Assembly: GCF_009914755.1 (NCBI RefSeq)
Contig: NC_060940.1
From: the human T2T-CHM13v2.0 reference genome, Homo sapiens
Reading direction: 5' to 3' (one strand)
DNA length: 64,000 bases
The first letter of the stretch is position 1. Each line of letters opens with the position of its first letter. The position numbers and the translations under genes were made by a program. The notes beneath the pieces are model-generated. The model made no database searches. It was not told where the DNA came from and saw only the letters and a program-made list of their open reading frames with translations. Shown in pieces: positions 24,573-38,600 of this stretch.

Positions 24573-26611
24573 CTTTCTCAGAAACTGCTCTGGGATGTGT
24601 GCGTTCAACTCACAGAGTTTAACTTTTCTTTTCATTCAGCAGTTTGGAAACACTCTGTTTGGAAAGTCTGCACGTGGATATTTTGACCTCTTTGAGGCCT
24701 TCGTTGGAAACGGGTTTTTTTCATGTAAGGCTAGACAGAAGAAATCTCAGTAACTTCCTTGTGTTGTGTGTATTCAACTGACAGAGTTGAACCTTCCTTT
24801 AGACAGAGCAGATTCGAAACACTCTTTTTCTGCAATTTGCAAGTGGAGACTTCAAGCGCTTTGAGGCCAAAGGCAGAAAAGGAAATATCTTCGTATAAAA
24901 ACCCGACAGAATCATTCTCAGAAACTGCTCTGTGATGTGTGCGTTCAACTCACAGAGTTTAACTTTTCTTTTCATTCAGCAGTTTGGAAACACTCTGTTT
25001 GTAAAGTCTGCAAGTGGATATCTTGGCCTCTTAGAGGCCTTCGTTGGAAGCGGGTTTTTTCATGTAAGGATAGACAGAGGAATTCCCAGTAACTTCCTTG
25101 TGTTGTGTGCATTCAACTCACAGAGTTGAATGATTCTTTACACAGAGCAGATTTGAGACACTCTTTTGGTGGAATTTGTAAGTGGAGAATTCAGCCGCTT
25201 TGAGGTCAACGGTAGAAAAGGAAATATCTTCGTATAAAAACTAGACAGAATGATTCTCAGAAACTGTTTTGTGATGTGTGCGTTCAACTCACAGAGTTTA
25301 ACCTTTCTTTTCAAAGAGCAGTTAGGAAACACTCTGTTTGTAAAGTCTGCAAGTGGATATTCAGACCTCTTTGAGGCCTTCGTTGGAAACGGGATTTCTT
25401 CATATTATGCTAGACAGATGAATTCTCAGTAACTTCCTTGTGTTGTGTGTATTCAACTCACAGAGTTGAACGATCCTTTACACAGAGCAGATTTGAAACA
25501 CTGTTTTTCTGGAATTTGCAAGTGGAGATTTCAGCCGCTTTGAGGTCAATGGTAGAAAAGGAAATATCTTCGTATAAAAACTAGACAGAATGATTCTCAG
25601 AAACTCCTTTGTGATGTGTGCGTTCAACTCACAGAGTTTAACCTTTCTTTTCACAGAGCAGTTAGGAAACACTCTGTTTGTGAAGCCTGCCAGTGGATAT
25701 TCGGACCTCTTTGAGGCCTTCGTTGGAAACGGGATTTCTTCATATTATGCTAGACAGATGAATTCTCAGTAACTTCCTTGTGTTGTGTGTATTCAACTCA
25801 CAGAGTTGAACGATCCTTTACACAGAGCAGATTTGAAACACTGTTTTTCTGGAATTTGCAAGTGGAGATTTCAGCCGCTTTGAGGTCAATGGTAGAAAAG
25901 GAAATATCTTCGTATAAAAACTAGACAGAATGATTCTCAGAAACTCCTTTGTGATGTGTGCGTTCAACTCACAGAGTTTAACCTTTCTTTTCACAGAGCA
26001 GTTAGGAAACACTCTGTTTGTGAAGCCTGCCAGTGGATATTCGGACCTCTTTGAGGCCTTCGTTGGAAACGGGATTTCTTCATATTATGCTAGACAGAAG
26101 ATTTCTCAGTAACTTCTTTGTGTTGTGTGTATGCAACTCACAGAGTTCAACCTTCCTTTAGACAGAGCAGATTTGAAACACTCTTTTTGTGGAATTTGCA
26201 AGTGGAGATTTCAAGCGCTTCGATGCCAATGGTAGAAAAGGAAATATCTTCGTATAAAAACAAGACAAACTCGTTCCCAGACACTGCGTAGTGATGTGTG
26301 TGTTTAACTCACAGAGTTTAACCTTTCTTTTCATACAGCATTCTGGAAACCCTGTGTTTGTAAAGTCTGCAAGTGGATATTTGGACCTCTTAGATGCCTT
26401 CGTTGGAAACGGGATTTCTTCATATAATGCTAGAGGGAAGAATTCTTAGTAACTTCTTTGTGTTGTGTGTATTCAACTGACAGAGTTGAACCTTCCTTTA
26501 GACAGAGCAGATTTGAAAGTCTCTTTTTGTGGAATTTGCAAGTGGAGATTTCAAGCGCTTTGAGGCCAAAAGCAGAAAAGGAAATATTTTCCTATAAAAA
26601 CTCGACAGAAT
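24573..26611 (+). repeat. 12-mer HOR variant (2,039 bp; m6-m7 dimer duplicated)
   Basis: Anchor spacing 24932 to 26971 is 2,039. An m7 body (TTCGG, G25703) ends in an m5 tail (CAGATG, T25759) and is followed by a second m6-m7. Confidence 0.93.
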
Positions 26612-29600
26612 CTTTCTCAGAAACTGCTCTGGGATGTGTGCGTTCAACTCACAGAGTTTAACTTTTCTTTTCATTCAGCAGTTTGGAAACACTCTGTTTG
26701 GAAAGTCTGCACGTGGATATTTTGACCTCTTTGAGGCCTTCGTTGGAAACGGGTTTTTTTCATGTAAGGCTAGACAGAAGAAATCTCAGTAACTTCCTTG
26801 TGTTGTGTGTATTCAACTGACAGAGTTGAACCTTCCTTTAGACAGAGCAGATTCGAAACACTCTTTTTCTGCAATTTGCAAGTGGAGACTTCAAGAGCTT
26901 TGAGGCCAAAGGCAGAAAAGGAAATATCTTCGTACAAAAACCCGACAGAATCATTCTCAGAAACTGCTCTGTGATGTGTGCGTTCAACTCACAGAGTTTA
27001 ACTTTTCTTTTCATTCAGCAGTTTGGAAACACTCTGTTTGTAAAGTCTGCAAGTGGATATCTTGGCCTCTTAGAGGCCTTCGTTGGAAACGGGTTTTATC
27101 ATGTAAGGTTAGACAGAGGAATTCCCAGTAACTTCCTTGTGTTGTGTGCATTCAACTCACAGAGTTGAATGATTCTTTACACAGAGCAGATTTGAGACAC
27201 TCTTTTGGTGGAATTTGTAAGTGGAGAATTCAGCCGCTTTGAGGTCAACGGTAGAAAAGGAAATATCTTCGTATAAAAACTAGACAGAATGATTCTCAGA
27301 AACTGTTTTGTGATGTGTGCGTTCAACTCACAGAGTTTAACCTTTCTTTTCAAAGAGCAGTTAGGAAACACTCTGTTTGTAAAGTCTGCAAGTGGATATT
27401 CAGACCTCTTTGAGGCCTTCGTTGGAAACGGGATTTCTTCATATTATGCTAGACAGATGAATTCTCAGTAACTTCCTAGTGTTGTGTGTATTCAACTCAC
27501 AGAGTTGAACGATCCTTTACACAGAGCAGATTTGAAACACTGTTTTTCTGGAATTTGCAAGTGGAGATTTCAGCCGCTTTGAGGTCAATGGTAGAAAAGG
27601 AAATATCTTCGTATAAAAACTAGACAGAATGATTCTCAGAAACTCCTTTGTGATGTGTGCGTTCAACTCACAGAGTTTAACCTTTCTTTTCACAGAGCAG
27701 TTAGGAAACACTCTGTTTGTGAAGCCTGCCAGTGGATATTCGGACCTCTTTGAGGCCTTCGTTGGAAACGGGATTTCTTCATATTATGCTAGACAGAAGA
27801 TTTCTCAGTAACTTCTTTGTGTTGTGTGTATGCAACTCACAGAGTTCAACCTTCCTTTAGACAGAGCAGATTTGAAACACTCTTTTTGTGGAATTTGCAA
27901 GTGGAGATTTCAAGCGCTTCGATGCCAATGGTAGAAAAGGAAATATCTTCGTATAAAAACAAGACAAACTCGTTCCCAGACACTGCGTAGTGATGTGTGT
28001 GTTTAACTCACAGAGTTTAACCTTTCTTTTCATACAGCATTCTGGAAACCCTGTGTTTGTAAAGTCTGCAAGTGGATATTTGGACCTCTTAGATGCCTTC
28101 GTTGGAAACGGGATTTCTTCATATAATGCTAGAGGGAAGAATTCTTAGTAACTTCTTTGTGTTGTGTGTATTCAACTGACAGAGTTGAACCTTCCTTTAG
28201 ACAGAGCAGATTTGAAAGTCTCTTTTTGTGGAATTTGCAAGTGGAGATTTCAAGCGCTTTGAGGCCAAAAGCAGAAAAGGAAATATTTTCCTATAAAAAC
28301 TCGACAGAATCTTTCTCAGAAACTGGTCTGGGATGTGTGCGTTCAACTCACAGAGTTTAACTTTTCTTTTCATTCAGCAGTTTGGAAACACTCTGTTTGG
28401 AAAGTCTGCACGTGGATATTTTGACCTCTTTGAGGCCTTCGTTGGAAACGGGTTTTTTTCATGTAAGGCTAGACAGAAGAAATCTCAGTAACTTCCTTGT
28501 GTTGTGTGTATTCAACTGACAGAGTTGAACCTTCCTTTAGACAGAGCAGATTCGAAACACTCTTTTTCTGCAATTTGCAAGTGGAGACTTCAAGCGCTTT
28601 GAGGCCAAAGGCAGAAAAGGAAATATCTTCGTATAAAAACCCGACAGAATCATTCTCAGAAACTGCTCTGTGATGTGTGCGTTCAACTCACAGAGTTTAA
28701 CTTTTCTTTTCATTCAGCAGTTTGGAAACACTCTGTTTGTAAAGTCTGCAAGTGGATATCTTGGCCTCTTAGAGGCCTTCGTTGGAAACGGGTTTTTTCA
28801 TGTAAGGTTAGACAGAGGAATTCCCAGTAACTTCCTTGTGTTGTGTGCATTCAACTCACAGAGTTGAATGATTCTTTACACAGAGCAGATTTGAGACACT
28901 CTTTTGGTGGAATTTGTAAGTGGAGAATTCAGCCGCTTTGAGGTCAACGGTAGAAAAGGAAATATCTTCGTATAAAAACTAGACAGAATGATTCTCAGAA
29001 ACTGTTTTGTGATGTGTGCGTTCAACTCACAGAGTTTAACCTTTCTTTTCAAAGAGCAGTTAGGAAACACTCTGTTTGTAAAGTCTGCAAGTGGATATTC
29101 AGACCTCTTTGAGGCCTTCGTTGGAAACGGGATTTCTTCATATTATGCTAGACAGATGAATTCTCAGTAACTTCCTTGTGTTGTGTGTATTCAACTCACA
29201 GAGTTGAACGATCCTTTACACAGAGCAGATTTGAAACACTGTTTTTCTGGAATTTGCAAGTGGAGATTTCAGCCGCTTTGAGGTCAATGGTAGAAAAGGA
29301 AATATCTTCGTATAAAAACTAGACAGAATGATTCTCAGAAACTCCTTTGTGATGTGTGCGTTCAACTCACAGAGTTTAACCTTTCTTTTCACAGAGCAGT
29401 TAGGAAACACTCTGTTTGTGAAGCCTGCCAGTGGATATTCGGACCTCTTTGAGGCCTTCGTTGGAAACGGGATTTCTTCATATTATGCTAGACAGAAGAT
29501 TTCTCAGTAACTTCTTTGTGTTGTGTGTATGCAACTCACAGAGTTCAACCTTCCTTTAGACAGAGCAGATTTGAAACACTCTTTTTGTGGAATTTGCAAG

Positions 29601-32600
29601 TGGAGATTTCAAGCGCTTCGATGCCAATGGTAGAAAAGGAAATATCTTCGTATAAAAACAAGACAAACTCGTTCCCAGACACTGCGTAGTGATGTGTGTG
29701 TTTAACTCACAGAGTTTAACCTTTCTTTTCATACAGCATTCTGGAAACCCTGTGTTTGTAAAGTCTGCAAGTGGATATTTGGACCTCTTAGATGCCTTCG
29801 TTGGAAACGGGATTTCTTCATATAATGCTAGAGGGAAGAATTCTTAGTAACTTCTTTGTGTTGTGTGTATTCAACTGACAGAGTTGAACCTTCCTTTAGA
29901 CAGAGCAGATTTGAAAGTCTCTTTTTGTGGAATTTGCAAGTGGAGATTTCAAGCGCTTTGAGGCCAAAAGCAGAAAAGGAAATATTTTCCTATAAAAACT
30001 CGACAGAATCTTTCTCAGAAACTGCTCTGGGATGTGTGCGTTCAACTCACAGAGTTTAACTTTTCTTTTCATTCAGCAGTTTGGAAACACTCTGTTTGGA
30101 AAGTCTGCACGTGGATATTTTGACCTCTTTGAGGCCTTCGTTGGAAACGGGTTTTTTTCATGTAAGGCTAGACAGAAGAAATCTCAGTAACTTCCTTGTG
30201 TTGTGTGTATTCAACTGACAGAGTTGAACCTTCCTTTAGACAGAGCAGATTCGAAACACTCTTTTTCTGCAATTTGCAAGTGGAGACTTCAAGCGCTTTG
30301 AGGCCAAAGGCAGAAAAGGAAATATCTTCGTATAAAAACCCGACAGAATCATTCTCAGAAACTGCTCTGTGATGTGTGCGTTCAACTCACAGAGTTTAAC
30401 TTTTCTTTTCATTCAGCAGTTTGGAAACACTCTGTTTGTAAAGTCTGCAAGTGGATATCTTGGCCTCTTAGAGGCCTTCGTTGGAAACGGGTTTTATCAT
30501 GTAAGGTTAGACAGAGGAATTCCCAGTAACTTCCTTGTGTTGTGTGCATTCAACTCACAGAGTTGAATGATTCTTTACACAGAGCAGATTTGAGACACTC
30601 TTTTGGTGGAATTTGTAAGTGGAGAATTCAGCCGCTTTGAGGTCAACGGTAGAAAAGGAAATATCTTCGTATAAAAACTAGACAGAATGATTCTCAGAAA
30701 CTGTTTTGTGATGTGTGCGTTCAACTCACAGAGTTTAACCTTTCTTTTCAAAGAGCAGTTAGGAAACACTCTGTTTGTAAAGTCTGCAAGTGGATATTCA
30801 GACCTCTTTGAGGCCTTCGTTGGAAACGGGATTTCTTCATATTATGCTAGACAGATGAATTCTCAGTAACTTCCTTGTGTTGTGTGTATTCAACTCACAG
30901 AGTTGAACGATCCTTTACACAGAGCAGATTTGAAACACTGTTTTTCTGGAATTTGCAAGTGGAGATTTCAGCCGCTTTGAGGTCAATGGTAGAAAAGGAA
31001 ATATCTTCGTATAAAAACTAGACAGAATGATTCTCAGAAACTCCTTTGTGATGTGTGCGTTCAACTCACAGAGTTTAACCTTTCTTTTCACAGAGCAGTT
31101 AGGAAACACTCTGTTTGTGAAGCCTGCCAGTGGATATTCGGACCTCTTTGAGGCCTTCGTTGGAAACGGGATTTCTTCATATTATGCTAGACAGAAGATT
31201 TCTCAGTAACTTCTTTGGGTTGTGTGTATGCAACTCACAGAGTTCAACCTTCCTTTAGACAGAGCAGATTTGAAACACTCTTTTTGTGGAATTTGCAAGT
31301 GGAGATTTCAAGCGCTTCGATGCCAATGGTAGAAAAGGAAATATCTTCGTATAAAAACAAGACAAACTCGTTCCCAGACACTGCGTAGTGATGTGTGTGT
31401 TTAACTCACAGAGTTTAACCTTTCTTTTCATACAGCATTCTGGAAACCCTGTGTTTGTAAAGTCTGCAAGTGGATATTTGGACCTCTTAGATGCCTTCGT
31501 TGGAAACGGGATTTCTTCATATAATGCTAGAGGGAAGAATTCTTAGTAACTTCTTTGTGTTGTGTGTATTCAACTGACAGAGTTGAACCTTCCTTTAGAC
31601 AGAGCAGATTTGAAAGTCTCTTTTTGTGGAATTTGCAAGTGGAGATTTCAAGCGCTTTGAGGCCAAAAGCAGAAAAGGAAATATTTTCCTATAAAAACTC
31701 GACAGAATCTTTCTCAGAAACTGCTCTGGGATGTGTGCGTTCAACTCACAGAGTTTAACTTTTCTTTTCATTCAGCAGTTTGGAAACACTCTGTTTGGAA
31801 AGTCTGCACGTGGATATTTTGACCTCTTTGAGGCCTTCGTTGGAAACGGGTTTTTTTCATGTAAGGCTAGACAGAAGAAATCTCAGTAACTTCCTTGTGT
31901 TGTGTGTATTCAACTGACAGAGTTGAACCTTCCTTTAGACAGAGCAGATTCGAAACACTCTTTTTCTGCAATTTGCAAGTGGAGACTTCAAGCGCTTTGA
32001 GGCCAAAGGCAGAAAAGGAAATATCTTCGTATAAAAACCCGACAGAATCATTCTCAGAAACTGCTCTGTGATGTGTGCGTTCAACTCACAGAGTTTAACT
32101 TTTCTTTTCATTCAGCAGTTTGGAAACACTCTGTTTGTAAAGTCTGCAAGTGGATATCTTGGCCTCTTAGAGGCCTTCGTTGGAAACGGGTTTTATCATG
32201 TAAGGTTAGACAGAGGAATTCCCAGTAACTTCCTTGTGTTGTGTGCATTCAACTCACAGAGTTGAATGATTCTTTACACAGAGCACATTTGAGACACTCT
32301 TTTGGTGGAATTTGTAAGTGGAGAATTCAGCCGCTTTGAGGTCAACGGTAGAAAAGGAAATATCTTCGTATAAAAACTAGACAGAATGATTCTCAGAAAC
32401 TGTTTTGTGATGTGTGCGTTCAACTCACAGAGTTTAACCTTTCTTTTCAAAGAGCAGTTAGGAAACACTCTGTTTGTAAAGTCTGCAAGTGGATATTCAG
32501 ACCTCTTTGAGGCCTTCGTTGGAAACGGGATTTCTTCATATTATGCTAGACAGATGAATTCTCAGTAACTTCCTTGTGTTGTGTGTATTCAACTCACAGA

Positions 32601-35600
32601 GTTGAACGATCCTTTACACAGAGCAGATTTGAAACACTGTTTTTCTGGAATTTGCAAGTGGAGATTTCAGCCGCTTTGAGGTCAATGGTAGAAAAGGAAA
32701 TATCTTCGTATAAAAACTAGACAGAATGATTCTCAGAAACTCCTTTGTGATGTGTGCGTTCAACTCACAGAGTTTAACCTTTCTTTTCACAGAGCAGTTA
32801 GGAAACACTCTGTTTGTGAAGCCTGCCAGTGGATATTCGGACCTCTTTGAGGCCTTCGTTGGAAACGGGATTTCTTCATATTATGCTAGACAGAAGATTT
32901 CTCAGTAACTTCTTTGTGTTGTGTGTATGCAACTCACAGAGTTCAACCTTCCTTTAGACAGAGCAGATTTGAAACACTCTTTTTGTGGAATTTGCAAGTG
33001 GAGATTTCAAGCGCTTCGATGCCAATGGTAGAAAAGGAAATATCTTCGTATAAAAACAAGACAAACTCGTTCCCAGACACTGCGTAGTGATGTGTGTGTT
33101 TAACTCACAGAGTTTAACCTTTCTTTTCATACAGCATTCTGGAAACCCTGTGTTTGTAAAGTCTGCAAGTGGATATTTGGACCTCTTAGATGCCTTCGTT
33201 GGAAACGGGATTTCTTCATATAATGCTAGAGGGAAGAATTCTTAGTAACTTCTTTGTGTTGTGTGTATTCAACTGACAGAGTTGAACCTTCCTTTAGACA
33301 GAGCAGATTTGAAAGTCTCTTTTTGTGGAATTTGCAAGTGGAGATTTCAAGTGCTTTGAGGCCAAAAGCAGAAAAGGAAATATTTTCCTATAAAAACTCG
33401 ACAGAATCTTTCTCAGAAACTGCTCTGGGATGTGTGCGTTCAACTCACAGAGTTTAACTTTTCTTTTCGTTCAGCAGTTTGGAAACACTCTGTTTGGAAA
33501 GTCTGCACGTGGATATTTTGACCTCTTTGAGGCCTTCGTTGGAAACGGGTTTTTTTCATGTAAGGCTAGACAGAAGAAATCTCAGTAACTTCCTTGTGTT
33601 GTGTGTATTCAACTGACAGAGTTGAACCTTCCTTTAGACAGAGCAGATTCGAAACACTCTTTTTCTGCAATTTGCAAGTGGAGACTTCAAGTGCTTTGAG
33701 GCCAAAGGCAGAAAAGGAAATATCTTCGTATAAAAACCCGACAGAATCATTCTCAGAAACTGCTCTGTGATGTGTGCGTTCAACTCACAGAGTTTAACTT
33801 TTCTTTTCATTCAGCAGTTTGGAAACACTCTGTTTGTAAAGTCTGCAAGTGGATATCTTGGCCTCTTAGAGGCCTTCGTTGGAAACGGGTTTTATCATGT
33901 AAGGTTAGACAGAGGAATTCCCAGTAACTTCCTTGTGTTGTGTGCATTCAACTCACAGAGTTGAATGATTCTTTACACAGAGCAGATTTGAGACACTCTT
34001 TTGGTGGAATTTGTAAGTGGAGAATTCAGCCGCTTTGAGGTCAACGGTAGAAAAGGAAATATCTTCGTATAAAAACTAGACAGAATGATTCTCAGAAACT
34101 GTTTTGTGATGTGTGCGTTCAACTCACAGAGTTTAACCTTTCTTTTCAAAGAGCAGTTAGGAAACACTCTGTTTGTAAAGTCTGCAAGTGGATATTCAGA
34201 CCTCTTTGAGGCCTTCGTTGGAAACGGGATTTCTTCATATTATGCTAGACAGATGAATTCTCAGTAACTTCCTTGTGTTGTGTGTATTCAACTCACAGAG
34301 TTGAACGATCCTTTACACAGAGCAGATTTGAAACACTGTTTTTCTGGAATTTGCAAGTGGAGATTTCAGCCGCTTTGAGGTCAATGGTAGAAAAGGAAAT
34401 ATCTTCGTATAAAAACTAGACAGAATGATTCTCAGAAACTCCTTTGTGATGTGTGCGTTCAACTCACAGAGTTTAACCTTTCTTTTCACAGAGCAGTTAG
34501 GAAACACTCTGTTTGTGAAGCCTGCCAGTGGATATTCGGACCTCTTTGAGGCCTTCGTTGGAAACGGGATTTCTTCATATTATGCTAGACAGAAGATTTC
34601 TCAGTAACTTCTTTGTGTTGTGTGTATGCAACTCACAGAGTTCAACCTTCCTTTAGACAGAGCAGATTTGAAACACTCTTTTTGTGGAATTTGCAAGTGG
34701 AGATTTCAAGCGCTTCGATGCCAATGGTAGAAAAGGAAATATCTTCGTATAAAAACAAGACAAACTCGTTCCCAGACACTGCGTAGTGATGTGTGTGTTT
34801 AACTCACAGAGTTTAACCTTTCTTTTCATACAGCATTCTGGAAACCCTGTGTTTGTAAAGTCTGCAAGTGGATATTTGGACCTCTTAGATGTCTTCGTTG
34901 GAAACGGGATTTCTTCATATAATGCTAGAGGGAAGAATTCTTAGTAACTTCTTTGTGTTGTGTGTATTCAACTGACAGAGTTGAACCTTCCTTTAGACAG
35001 AGCAGATTTGAAAGTCTCTTTTTGTGGAATTTGCAAGTGGAGATTTCAAGCGCTTTGAGGCCAAAAGCAGAAAAGGAAATATTTTCCTATAAAAACTCGA
35101 CAGAATCTTTCTCAGAAACTGCTCTGGGATGTGTGCGTTCAACTCACAGAGTTTAACTTTTCTTTTCATTCAGCAGTTTGGAAACACTCTGTTTGGAAAG
35201 TCTGCACGTGGATATTTTGACCTCTTTGAGGCCTTCGTTGGAAACGGGTTTTTTTCATGTAAGGCTAGACAGAAGAAATCTCAGTAACTTCCTTGTGTTG
35301 TGTGTATTCAACTGACAGAGTTGAACCTTCCTTTAGACAGAGCAGATTCGAAACACTCTTTTTCTGCAATTTGCAAGTGGAGACTTCAAGCGCTTTGAGG
35401 CCAAAGGCAGAAAAGGAAATATCTTCGTATAAAAACCCGACAGAATCATTCTCAGAAACTGCTCTGTGATGTGTGCGTTCAACTCACAGAGTTTAACTTT
35501 TCTTTTCATTCAGCAGTTTGGAAACACTCTGTTTGTAAAGTCTGCAAGTGGATTTCTTGGCCTCTTAGAGGCCTTCGTTGGAAACGGGTTTTTTCATGTA

Positions 35601-38600
35601 AGGTTAGACAGAGGAATTCCCAGTAACTTCCTTGTGTTGTGTGCATTCAACTCACAGAGTTGAATGATTCTTTACACAGAGCAGATTTGAGACACTCTTT
35701 TGGTGGAATTTGTAAGTGGAGAATTCAGCCGCTTTGAGGTCAACGGTAGAAAAGGAAATATCTTCGTATAAAAACTAGACAGAATGATTCTCAGAAACTG
35801 TTTTGTGATGTGTGCGTTCAACTCACAGAGTTTAACCTTTCTTTTCAAAGAGCAGTTAGGAAACACTCTGTTTGTAAAGTCTGCAAGTGGATATTCAGAC
35901 CTCTTTGAGGCCTTCGTTGGAAACGGGATTTCTTCATATTATGCTAGACAGATGAATTCTCAGTAACTTCCTTGTGTTGTGTGTATTCAACTCACAGAGT
36001 TGAACGATCCTTTACACAGAGCAGATTTGAAACACTGTTTTTCTGGAATTTGCAAGTGGAGATTTCAGCCGCTTTGAGGTCAATGGTAGAAAAGGAAATA
36101 TCTTCGTATAAAAACTAGACAGAATGATTCTCAGAAACTCCTTTGTGATGTGTGCGTTCAACTCACAGAGTTTAACCTTTCTTTTCACAGAGCAGTTAGG
36201 AAACACTCTGTTTGTGAAGCCTGCCAGTGGATATTCGGACCTCTTTGAGGCCTTCGTTGGAAACGGGATTTCTTCATATTATGCTAGACAGAAGATTTCT
36301 CAGTAACTTCTTTGTGTTGTGTGTATGCAACTCACAGAGTTCAACCTTCCTTTAGACAGAGCAGATTTGAAACACTCTTTTTGTGGAATTTGCAAGTGGA
36401 GATTTCAAGCGCTTCGATGCCAATGGTAGAAAAGGAAATATCTTCGTATAAAAACAAGAAAAACTCGTTCCCAGACACTGCGTAGTGATGTGTGTGTTTA
36501 ACTCACAGAGTTTAACCTTTCTTTTCATACAGCATTCTGGAAACCCTGTGTTTGTAAAGTCTGCAAGTGGATATTTGGACCTCTTAGATGCCTTCGTTGG
36601 AAACGGGATTTCTTCATATAATGCTAGAGGGAAGAATTCTTAGTAACTTCTTTGTGTTGTGTGTATTCAACTGACAGAGTTGAACCTTCCTTTAGACAGA
36701 GCAGATTTGAAAGTCTCTTTCTGTGGAATTTGCAAGTGGAGATTTCAAGCGCTTTGAGGCCAAAAGCAGAAAAGGAAATATTTTCCTATAAAAACTCGAC
36801 AGAATCTTTCTCAGAAACTGCTCTGGGATGTGTGCGTTCAACTCACAGAGTTTAACTTTTCTTTTCATTCAGCAGTTTGGAAACACTCTGTTTGGAAAGT
36901 CTGCACGTGGATATTTTGACCTCTTTGAGGCCTTCGTTGGAAACGGGTTTTTTTCATGTAAGGCTAGACAGAAGAAATCTCAGTAACTTCCTTGTGTTGT
37001 GTGTATTCAACTGACAGAGTTGAACCTTCCTTTAGACAGAGCAGATTCGAAACACTCTTTTTCTGCAATTTGCAAGTGGAGACTTCAAGCGCTTTGAGGC
37101 CAAAGGCAGAAAAGGAAATATCTTCGTATAAAAACCCGACAGAATCATTCTCAGAAACTGCTCTGTGATGTGTGCGTTCAACTCACAGAGTTTAACTTTT
37201 CTTTTCATTCAGCAGTTTGGAAACACTCTGTTTGTAAAGTCTGCAAGTGGATATCTTGGCCTCTTAGAGGCCTTCGTTGGAAACGGGTTTTATCATGTAA
37301 GGTTAGACAGAGGAATTCCCAGTAACTTCCTTGTGTTGTGTGCATTCAACTCACAGAGTTGAATGATTCTTTACACAGAGCACATTTGAGACACTCTTTT
37401 GGTGGAATTTGTAAGTGGAGAATTCAGCCGCTTTGAGGTCAACGGTAGAAAAGGAAATATCTTCGTATAAAAACTAGACAGAATGATTCTCAGAAACTGT
37501 TTTGTGATGTGTGCGTTCAACTCACAGAGTTTAACCTTTCTTTTCAAAGAGCAGTTAGGAAACACTCTGTTTGTAAAGTCTGCAAGTGGATATTCAGACC
37601 TCTTTGAGGCCTTCGTTGGAAACGGGATTTCTTCATATTATGCTAGACAGATGAATTCTCAGTAACTTCCTTGTGTTGTGTGTATTCAACTCACAGAGTT
37701 GAACGATCCTTTACACAGAGCAGATTTGAAACACTGTTTTTCTGGAATTTGCAAGTGGAGATTTCAGCCGCTTTGAGGTCAATGGTAGAAAAGGAAATAT
37801 CTTCGTATAAAAACTAGACAGAATGATTCTCAGAAACTCCTTTGTGATGTGTGCGTTCAACTCACAGAGTTTAACCTTTCTTTTCACAGAGCAGTTAGGA
37901 AACACTCTGTTTGTGAAGCCTGCCAGTGGATATTCGGACCTCTTTGAGGCCTTCGTTGGAAACGGGATTTCTTCATATTATGCTAGACAGAAGATTTCTC
38001 AGTAACTTCTTTGTGTTGTGTGTATGCAACTCACAGAGTTCAACCTTCCTTTAGACAGAGCAGATTTGAAACACTCTTTTTGTGGAATTTGCAAGTGGAG
38101 ATTTCAAGCGCTTCGATGCCAATGGTAGAAAAGGAAATATCTTCGTATAAAAACAAGACAAACTCGTTCCCAGACACTGCGTAGTGATGTGTGTGTTTAA
38201 CTCACAGAGTTTAACCTTTCTTTTCATACAGCATTCTGGAAACCCTGTGTTTGTAAAGTCTGCAAGTGGATATTTGGACCTCTTAGATGCCTTCGTTGGA
38301 AACGGGATTTCTTCATATAATGCTAGAGGGAAGAATTCTTAGTAACTTCTTTGTGTTGTGTGTATTCAACTGACAGAGTTGAACCTTCCTTTAGACAGAG
38401 CAGATTTGAAAGTCTCTTTTTGTGGAATTTGCAAGTGGAGATTTCAAGCGCTTTGAGGCCAAAAGCAGAAAAGGAAATATTTTCCTATAAAAACTAGACA
38501 GAATCTTTCTCAGAAACTGCTCTGGGATGTGTGCGTTCAACTCACAGAGTTTAACTTTTCTTTTCATTCAGCAGTTTGGAAACACTCTGTTTGGAAAGTC

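Noticed and set aside
26896-28326. Private SNVs at 26896, 26935, 27478 and 28326 following the 12-mer
   Set aside because: They are spread over 1.4 kb with mixed bases, which is too weak to call a cluster or link to the 12-mer event.
34891-34910. C>T at 34892 next to an m9 CENP-B box
   Set aside because: It lies just outside the 17-bp box and the core is intact.
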